DNA of 64,000 bases, from positions 1-64,000 of the IMG/VR virus record IMGVR_UViG_3300028797_000135; one strand, 5' to 3'. A program made the translations under genes and the position numbers. Shown piece by piece: positions 56,836 through 64,000 of the stretch. Within the stretch, counting starts at the first letter, position 1. Each line of letters starts with the position of its first letter. This DNA is from a virus. Its lineage: Duplodnaviria; Caudoviricetes. The notes under the pieces were generated by a model. That model did no database searches and was not told the DNA's origin. It worked only from the letters and a program-made list of their open reading frames with translations.

Positions 56836-59800
56836 CTATTTACGCTCATTCGATACAGGATAGCCCAGCAATCGGAAGTCTTCCTCTGTTGCCAACCTTG
56901 CCAAGAAATGTTCGTTATCCATTCCATTAGCCGACTTGATGTTATCCAACAGCTTTACCTTGACTGGACCAGAGTTTTTGTCTGCGACAAACTTATCCTT
57001 TTCAGGTATATACTTCAACTTACGACATCTCAGCTCCTCGCATCCAATGTTGTTCAGACCGTCTCTTACTCTCTGGCTCATTCTCTTCTTGGGAACGATA
57101 TTGCCTAGCACAAATGCGAACTGGTTAGAGTTCTCACGGGCAGGCAATGTAAGGATATACACCTTTTCAGGAGAATCTACTGAATTGGTATCTTCCTTAA
57201 TTTTCCTAACAATACGGTTCAATCCACTTTCAAGAGACATGTCAAGGTCTTTGGATTGCATCGTAATTCCATTAAGTTCGTTTATCTTGGCTGCGATAGC
57301 GTCTTTCTTATTTAGGCCCTTTGTATTTCCAGAAACCGCCCTATGGACGATGCTAAGCAAATCTGGGTCGCCAGCTGAGTGCTTTGTAAGGAAGATATAA
57401 CCCATCTTGTAGATACCATCCTTGCTGCAATCAACAACCTTTCTCTCAAACTCTCCTTTGCCATCATCACCAGTCCATTGCTTAGTGCGAGTAGATACAA
57501 TAGCTTTACCGACACTATCCACGACAGGTGTTGTATATGCATACCTGTTACGTTCAGTTTGCACAACCATACCGCCATCTTTATCGAGATAGGCCGTTAC
57601 GATGCTATCATATGTATCAACATCACTGATGTTATTCTTACTCGTATCAGTGTCCAAGAACAGGCTAACTTGACGTTTGTTGTTGTTACTAATAGTCCTC
57701 ATCTGGTCAAGGGTCAGCTTAAACGGAGTCATCGTACCATCCTTGATGTAGCAAAGCTGCACGAAGTCCTCGCCGAACTTGTTTGCGGTGTTATATTTGT
57801 AACAGTCGCCATAACCGTTATCATCCAAGAACTTCAAATACTGCCTCAATGTAATTACACCAGAAAGATACGTCTTAAAATCAACATCCTGACCAGGGTT
57901 GGTTTTCTTCTTTCTGGCGATTGCACTATGGTCCAATATGACGTTAGGACACTTCAACATAACAATTCTGCCATATTTCGTAACAGCATTTCCAGCCTCG
58001 TCACGAGTTTCTTTGATTGCACCGACCAAGAATCCACCAATCGGGTCCCATATAGTCTTTTTCAACTCTGGTTTCGGTACAACGTCACCGTTTTCCTTCA
58101 TTTCCATGAACACACTCGGGTCCATCAAGACAGAAGACGTGCTCTTCAAGAAATCGTCGATGAGGGTTTTCGAATCATATACACTCAGGTCTTTCAAGGC
58201 ATCGCTAGTATCTCCTGCCTTAAACTGGTCATATCTTTCAAACGGCGTTTGACGTTTATCATCAGTACCAAATGAATTATGCGTACGATTCAATCTACGT
58301 GCAGTAGCATTCAAATCAGAGCAGTCACCAACCAATATAGTGGTTGGCTTGATATACCGACTCAGCAAACCAGATTCCCTTTCGTTTAGAGTATACGGCA
58401 AGCAGGTATTCATCCTCATGTTGCTACGGACATACGCCACGTCATCGCCTTCACTTGCGATTTCCGAACCCTGTATCTGGGCACCGCCTTCAATAAACAC
58501 CCTACCAGTTAGTACAATATTTCCACTCTCACTGTCTGAGTCAGAGTTGCCTAGCACAGTGGGGTGATTGGTTCCGTGTTCGATTCGAATGAACTCAGGA
58601 CTATTGCCGCCAGGATTTGTAGTAACCGCTGTCAAATCAGTGGACTTATATTCTGCCTCAACATGAGCGCCATAACCTACCGTTATGCCACTCAATTTAC
58701 ATGTTCTGATTTTGCACGGTCCATTGACAATAGCATTATTCAAGACAGTACCGCTACATACAATATTACCTGTACTAGAATTGAGAACAACATTGCCAAC
58801 AAGATTCGTTGTCACGTCGCCTTGTAGCCATGTGCGATAACCATATTTTCCTTTTATAGGACTCTTTTTGTACTCACCACGATAGTTCGCATGTCCAGTT
58901 ATGGTAATCTTTTTGTCACCAGCAAATTCAACATTGCTAGCATCATCAGTTCTCCAACCGTTGAACACTTTCACACCAGCATTGCTGACATTCAATTTAC
59001 TGATGACAGAATGCACTATCTGTGCATATCCATTTTCAATACTTGAATCGGAAACAATAGAGTCCTCTATGACTACACCTCGAACACCGTCAACCGTCTC
59101 TGCTATCGCCCTGTTATTCGGCAAAACCTGTGTTGCGCCGTTGTTTCCAACAGCGATGTAGGTATTCGTAACCTCCGTCTTACTAGGACTTGCTACACCC
59201 GCTACATCACTTTTCAGTGAACCAATGCTTACATATCCAGTGCTTTTGGATATGTCTACCTGACTCAGTAAACACTCGAATATGTTAAAATCGCCTACTT
59301 TTTCCAAATTACAACCATTTGTAATAGTAGCGAATCCATATATGGTGGGTTTCGGTCCAGTAAGACCATCTTTACCGACAATCCTAGTTATAGAATCACC
59401 TGGCTTGCAGCACGAGTCGTCAAATACAGCAACCAGCCTAGGAATCAGCCTACCCTTTCCATCACGCAGCATAACCAGCGGGTGGTATTCATAACCGCCA
59501 CTTACCGTTCCGTCTGCGGCATTCATCTCACCACCAATCGTCAGGGTATTTTTACCAGCGATATAGTTGTAGAACTTTCCGTCAGCACGGGCACCATACG
59601 CAGCTTTAAGCTTCTTAATAGTATCATCAGTCAGAACATATTTGTCCTTATCACCGTCAAACTTCCATTCGATGTTTTCAACCCAGCCATTTTCATCGTG
59701 GCCATACACATTCGAACCAGTCCTATCGGACTGACCAAATTCAGTAAACTGCTTGTACTCTTTGGAAATGATGTTGTTCAAGTTTCCAACATCATAACGC

Positions 59801-60993
59801 TTTACCTGATTCTCAATAGACGGGTCGTTGACGCTCTTGATATACTTATCATAGTTAGCGTCATCCATATACACATATTTGGGGTCACTTTCAATGCCCT
59901 CGATTGGGCCAACCTTTGGAACTTGGTAAATGGTGCTAGAAACGACTTTCCTCGACCCTGGTTCCAACAACAGCTTGAACATATCCTGAGTCTGGGCCCA
60001 CTCAGCCAGCTTCGATGTGCTAATCGTAGCCGTCTTCTTGGAGCCAAAGTGTGGACGTGCTTCACGCAGGTCCTTATCACTGATACCAGACATGGAGGCA
60101 TCCCTAGTAACATCATAGATAAAGCCAGTGTTCTCATCCATGTAATACTGGTCGTTAGCATCCGTCCATTCCTTCAACACTACCTTATAAAGGCTTTCGA
60201 CTGGCAAACCATATAACTGGCTCAACTCATTCTTCTTCGCTTCATTCGTCTGGGTAAGACCAGACGTTATGTCACGGTCGTCAATAGAAGTAGAAAGAAC
60301 TGTCGCCGACGGGTTAACCTCGACCTTACATTGAAGTCCAATGTTCGGAGCTTCCTCACCAGTACGGTGAACAGCATTGCCAAGAACCAAACGCTTGATG
60401 TCAATGAACGGAATGTCTTTCAAGTCACCTATGCCAGGATAGCCATTTTCTTCATAGTATGTAAGTATCCTATTGTATACATCATTGCTCATGACCACAG
60501 GGTTTGTTGCCGTCGCATGTCCATACTTCGGCACACCTTCTTCGCCTTCTGCGGTAATCTCGTACGGAACTGTACCAGCACGGAAGTACGTCGGCTTTCC
60601 ATTCGGGGTCGGAATCATGAACTCAACATTGTCAAAACCGTTATTGAAGTTCAAGCCAAAATCAGAAAACCTCGGCTCAGTCTTTACCCACTTCAACGCC
60701 ATGCTCCATGCACTGTCGAACGGAATCTTAGCCTTGGTCATCAGGTCGCTAGGATTGTATTCCTTCTTTGTCTCAACAGGGGTTTCTGGTTTCGGTTCAT
60801 CGCCAAACTTCTCTTCAACTTCACCCACTTCAAAATCATCGGCAGGCAGTTCTTCACCACCGCCGAGGTCATCAAGAAAGTCGTCTATGCCTTCAAACAG
60901 GACGCCATTGATGTCCTTAACCGCCTCCAAAGCAGTCTTGTTCAAACCCAACCGTCCCAAATAGCTCTCAAAAACCTGTTTCTTGCTAAACAT
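56836..60993 (-). CDS. large leader-motif virion protein (central beta-helix-like region)
   Basis: FESYLGRLGL…LEAV…VLFE leader; TATAAACTAT at 61023-61032. Confidence 0.65.
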   Translation of the reverse strand: MFSKKQVFESYLGRLGLNKTALEAVKDINGVLFEGIDDFLDDLGGGEELPADDFEVGEVEEKFGDEPKPETPVETKKEYNPSDLMTKAKIPFDSAWSMALKWVKTEPRFSDFGLNFNNGFDNVEFMIPTPNGKPTYFRAGTVPYEITAEGEEGVPKYGHATATNPVVMSNDVYNRILTYYEENGYPGIGDLKDIPFIDIKRLVLGNAVHRTGEEAPNIGLQCKVEVNPSATVLSTSIDDRDITSGLTQTNEAKKNELSQLYGLPVESLYKVVLKEWTDANDQYYMDENTGFIYDVTRDASMSGISDKDLREARPHFGSKKTATISTSKLAEWAQTQDMFKLLLEPGSRKVVSSTIYQVPKVGPIEGIESDPKYVYMDDANYDKYIKSVNDPSIENQVKRYDVGNLNNIISKEYKQFTEFGQSDRTGSNVYGHDENGWVENIEWKFDGDKDKYVLTDDTIKKLKAAYGARADGKFYNYIAGKNTLTIGGEMNAADGTVSGGYEYHPLVMLRDGKGRLIPRLVAVFDDSCCKPGDSITRIVGKDGLTGPKPTIYGFATITNGCNLEKVGDFNIFECLLSQVDISKSTGYVSIGSLKSDVAGVASPSKTEVTNTYIAVGNNGATQVLPNNRAIAETVDGVRGVVIEDSIVSDSSIENGYAQIVHSVISKLNVSNAGVKVFNGWRTDDASNVEFAGDKKITITGHANYRGEYKKSPIKGKYGYRTWLQGDVTTNLVGNVVLNSSTGNIVCSGTVLNNAIVNGPCKIRTCKLSGITVGYGAHVEAEYKSTDLTAVTTNPGGNSPEFIRIEHGTNHPTVLGNSDSDSESGNIVLTGRVFIEGGAQIQGSEIASEGDDVAYVRSNMRMNTCLPYTLNERESGLLSRYIKPTTILVGDCSDLNATARRLNRTHNSFGTDDKRQTPFERYDQFKAGDTSDALKDLSVYDSKTLIDDFLKSTSSVLMDPSVFMEMKENGDVVPKPELKKTIWDPIGGFLVGAIKETRDEAGNAVTKYGRIVMLKCPNVILDHSAIARKKKTNPGQDVDFKTYLSGVITLRQYLKFLDDNGYGDCYKYNTANKFGEDFVQLCYIKDGTMTPFKLTLDQMRTISNNNKRQVSLFLDTDTSKNNISDVDTYDSIVTAYLDKDGGMVVQTERNRYAYTTPVVDSVGKAIVSTRTKQWTGDDGKGEFERKVVDCSKDGIYKMGYIFLTKHSAGDPDLLSIVHRAVSGNTKGLNKKDAIAAKINELNGITMQSKDLDMSLESGLNRIVRKIKEDTNSVDSPEKVYILTLPARENSNQFAFVLGNIVPKKRMSQRVRDGLNNIGCEELRCRKLKYIPEKDKFVADKNSGPVKVKLLDNIKSANGMDNEHFLARLATEEDFRLLGYPVSNERK

Positions 60994-61092
60994 GATAGCC
61001 TACATTAGGTTAATTTTCATGTATAGTTTATAACGTATAAAGGCATCATGCACACGCATGATGCCAAACACACGGCTCAATTGACACTACAA

Positions 61093-61740
61093 CTAGGTAT
61101 TCTCTTCCATTGTAAATATCAGGTCTTCGTCAGACGCATATTCGATGGCATCAGCCGCATCAAGCATGTCGATATACTTCTGCTTGCGTTCCTCGGTAAG
61201 GAACGGGTCTGTGTCAAGAGCCTGAAATACGGTCTTCGCCTCACGGAATGAGCCCGTCAACACAAGAGTGTACGCCTGTGCCAGTTTTGCCGCAATCTCC
61301 AATGGAGTAATTCCACTGAATTTTGTCAGACGGCATTCTTCCTTGAACAACGCAATCATCTCATTGCCAATATCTATGTTGTATATGACTTCACCGATTG
61401 TTCCATCAATCGCATTGATACGGTTGATATTCGTGTTCAATTCATCCACATACCTATCGTAAGGAACCGCCCTTCCAATAAAGTCCAACACCTCGTGTTC
61501 AGAATAGTTTTCTGGGGTCAACGGATTCTGTACAGCGGTTTTCGACCAGTATTCCCTGTTGTTGTAAATACATACCCCATCGACATGGGTAATGGTTGAT
61601 ATATACCTCATACCAAACTCCTGAAATAAGATGTAATCATTGATATCCTCATGCGCCTGTTCCAACATAAGGTCTAGCACCTGTTTGTTAGTCGCACGGA
61701 ATTTAACCTTTTCGGTTGATTTATTCATCGCATAAATCAT
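61093..61740 (-). CDS. tail-fibre-associated hypothetical protein
   Basis: downstream of collagen-like fibre gene; GAGG RBS. Confidence 0.5.
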   Translation of the reverse strand: MIYAMNKSTEKVKFRATNKQVLDLMLEQAHEDINDYILFQEFGMRYISTITHVDGVCIYNNREYWSKTAVQNPLTPENYSEHEVLDFIGRAVPYDRYVDELNTNINRINAIDGTIGEVIYNIDIGNEMIALFKEECRLTKFSGITPLEIAAKLAQAYTLVLTGSFREAKTVFQALDTDPFLTEERKQKYIDMLDAADAIEYASDEDLIFTMEENT

Positions 61741-61742
61741 TG

Positions 61743-63329
61743 CTAAACCTCTCGATTATTGACCTTCAAATAAAATTTCTTGTTAGACGAATCTAACAAC
61801 GTATTTTTAAATTCGAGCGTCGCTTGCGATACTGCTGAAATTTTGCTGAAAGCTGCGTTTTTCACATCGCCAGTGCTATCAGAGGCGACATCGCCAAAGG
61901 CAACTGATGATGCCATATTGTTTGTCGTAACATTATTATTATTCGAATCCTTGTAGCGTTCGAATATATTGCCCAAAGATGTTGCTACTTCCCATACAGG
62001 AGTACTGCTGGATGACGTATTTATCACGATAGCTTCCTTTGTAATCGGATTTCCACCCGAGTCCAACCAGCCATCAGCTGCGGTGGTTGCACCCTTGTAG
62101 TATATCCCTAGCCAACCTATTCCGCTGGTAGGTTCCTGAGTTATCGGTGTTAATGAAGTAATATGATTATTACTATTGTTAACAGCTTTATATACATTCT
62201 CTCGCTGGAAATATCCAGAATAGTCTCCCCCGATGTCATTATAATCCATGTACGCAAATAGTTTACCTGGGGTATTTCCTATTAGCATATAAAGTTTAGC
62301 CATCTTTTGGGCATAACTCAGGCCATTAAAAAAATTGGCATCAACAAAACCTAAAAATCCAATTAAAGATACATTCGCTATATACAATACGTCGTCGTTA
62401 AACCCAGAACTTTGATAACCACCTTTCCAGTAGAATATGTTATTCAAATCAACTACGGATAGCGATTCGCCACTGGTAAGCTTTCCCATGTAAACATTGG
62501 ATGCCGATTGGTAGTTTGCCGTCCTTTTATAGAACTTACTTGAATTGTCATTTGCTTCTTTATCAAACATCACGTCATTGGCACGCATGGTAAAGAACTT
62601 TGTATATAGATTGTTCTGCCGTTCAGGGTTGGATTCTTCGGATGAATTATCAACTTCCCCTACATACAAAGCTACGCTTGGGTCAGTCGAGCTAACTGGG
62701 TATGAACTTGTTCTACCACTAACCGCATCATAATTGAAGGTAGAAGAGTAAAACGCTTTACCCGACTCATACTTCATTGCAGTATCCCAGTCCATGGTGG
62801 AAAGTTCTCCCATATATTCATATAGACCGCAGTCGGATACTAACGTGTCTATGTTTCCATCCAAGCATATCTTTTTATAATTACCCACCTCACCTTGATA
62901 ATACGCAAAATAATCAGGAGTTGAATCCGTCGTAGCCCACTGACCGTGTTTCCAGCAGATATAATAAGTATGCCCCTCATAAAATTTCAAATTTGAAAAC
63001 GTATGAGTCCTTAGATAACCTTGACAGCCATATATCTCTGTTGCGTTTGAGCCCTGTGTCGTAGATTTGGCTACGCAATGATTGTCCTCCATTATCCACA
63101 TAACGCCATCATTGGTAGTTCTATCAAGAAACACGCTTATGCTTGACACATTTTCAGTTAGCTTTGCTTCATATTCAATACATACCCACCGCTCATCGCC
63201 CATGATTAAGTTAAAAACTTTCTCCCAGACAAGAACATTGCCATAATACACCGCATCAACAGGGATATTACCATAGAATATCCCATCAGTATTATGTCGG
63301 TTGAATGCTATAAGTCCATTTATCGCCAT
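61743..63329 (-). CDS. putative tail fibre/receptor-binding accessory protein
   Basis: I.YG…V.AVYYG..LVW N-terminus; visibly AT-richer than flanks. Confidence 0.5.
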   Translation of the reverse strand: MAINGLIAFNRHNTDGIFYGNIPVDAVYYGNVLVWEKVFNLIMGDERWVCIEYEAKLTENVSSISVFLDRTTNDGVMWIMEDNHCVAKSTTQGSNATEIYGCQGYLRTHTFSNLKFYEGHTYYICWKHGQWATTDSTPDYFAYYQGEVGNYKKICLDGNIDTLVSDCGLYEYMGELSTMDWDTAMKYESGKAFYSSTFNYDAVSGRTSSYPVSSTDPSVALYVGEVDNSSEESNPERQNNLYTKFFTMRANDVMFDKEANDNSSKFYKRTANYQSASNVYMGKLTSGESLSVVDLNNIFYWKGGYQSSGFNDDVLYIANVSLIGFLGFVDANFFNGLSYAQKMAKLYMLIGNTPGKLFAYMDYNDIGGDYSGYFQRENVYKAVNNSNNHITSLTPITQEPTSGIGWLGIYYKGATTAADGWLDSGGNPITKEAIVINTSSSSTPVWEVATSLGNIFERYKDSNNNNVTTNNMASSVAFGDVASDSTGDVKNAAFSKISAVSQATLEFKNTLLDSSNKKFYLKVNNREV

Positions 63330-63350
63330 CATCCAACTCCCGTTGTCACA

Positions 63351-64000
63351 CTAATTTGATGACACTGTACCCGTACTGAGAACAAAGTGAAGGATTCCAT
63401 CGTCAACCGATGGAGTCCATCCAGCGTCCTCAACCCGTGCCTCAATATAGTAGAACGTGCCGTTTTCAGCCCGTTGATGGTAATTGCTTGCGAGAGTAAA
63501 TTCTGTACCCGTTGCACCTGTTGCGCCTGTGGCACCCGTTGCACCAGTTGCACCCGTGGGGCCTGTGGCTCCCGTAGGACCTGTTGCACCCGTTGGGCCA
63601 GTTGCACCTGTTGGGCCTGTGGCTCCCGTAGGACCTGTTGCACCCGTAGGACCTGTTGCACCTGTTGGGCCAGTAGCTCCCGTTGGGCCAGTAGCTCCTG
63701 TTGGTCCAGTAGAACCCGTAGGACCTGTTGCACCCGTAGGACCTGTGGCTCCCGTTGAGCCTGTGGCACCTGTTGGGCCAGTTGCACCTGTTGGGCCAGT
63801 TGCTCCCGTAGGACCTGTTGCACCCGTAGGACCTGTTGCACCCGTAGGACCTGTGGCTCCCGTTGGGCCAGTTGCACCCGTAGGACCTGTTGCACCCGTT
63901 GGGCCTGTTGCTCCCGTAGGACCTGTGGCACCTGTTGGGCCTGTGGCTCCCGTAGGACCCGTTGCACCTGTTGGGCCAGTTGCTCCCGTAGGACCTGTTG
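63351..64000 (-). CDS. collagen-like (G-P-T/G-A-T)n fibre protein, 3' part (runs off window)
   Basis: frame ACA GGT CCT ACG GGA GCA… = TGPTGATG…, ends EFTLASNY…VSSN-TAG. Confidence 0.85.
   Translation of the reverse strand, partial: TGPTGATGPTGATGPTGATGPTGATGPTGATGPTGATGPTGATGPTGATGPTGATGPTGATGPTGATGPTGATGPTGATGSTGATGPTGATGPTGSTGPTGATGPTGATGPTGATGPTGATGPTGATGPTGATGPTGATGPTGATGPTGATGATGATGATGATGTEFTLASNYHQRAENGTFYYIEARVEDAGWTPSVDDGILHFVLSTGTVSSN
63505..64000 (-). repeat. 9/18-bp collagen-coding tandem repeat
   Basis: recurring cccgtaggacctgttgca-type units. Confidence 0.9.

Noticed and set aside
63329-63967. Listed Q/V/L/R-rich ORF (and the antisense Cys/Thr-rich ORF)
   Set aside because: These are off-frame shadows of the collagen-like G-X-T reading frame, which ends at 63351.

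Overview
This window is a 64-kb segment of a large (jumbo-type) tailed bacteriophage genome read in the standard genetic code. It carries host-like auxiliary genes (glf, a GT2 glycosyltransferase, dUTPase, IF-3, a sigma-70-family factor, two Hsp20s, a Mesh1/SpoT-like HD hydrolase, a DUF2829/Tad2-like protein), a split NAD+-dependent DNA ligase interrupted by a protease gene, an amidase, and virion genes (gp14-like neck protein, large structural proteins, a collagen-like fibre). A roughly 10-kb minus-strand RNA operon (about 22.55-32.9 kb) holds 34 recognisable tRNAs covering all 20 amino acids, a Ro60/TROVE gene and many structured non-coding spacers. The main discovery is a family of seven related RNAs beside the Ro60 gene, all sharing a bulged-helix module (…UUCGCUUUU… paired with …(G/C)UUACUU). 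Two are free-standing, Y-RNA-like RNAs. Five carry the same module, circularly permuted, grafted into a tRNA scaffold. In two of these five, removing the module leaves a perfect tRNA-Cys(GCA) or tRNA-Asn(GUU) anticodon arm. A second finding is a conserved ~30-aa N-terminal leader ending in …A/L-x-F-E on at least eight otherwise mostly unrelated proteins. Most of these genes lie behind a recurring (T)ATAAACTA late-promoter-like motif, suggesting a capsid-targeting or cargo-loading signal. All calls are by eye from the sequence; no database search or folding program was run.
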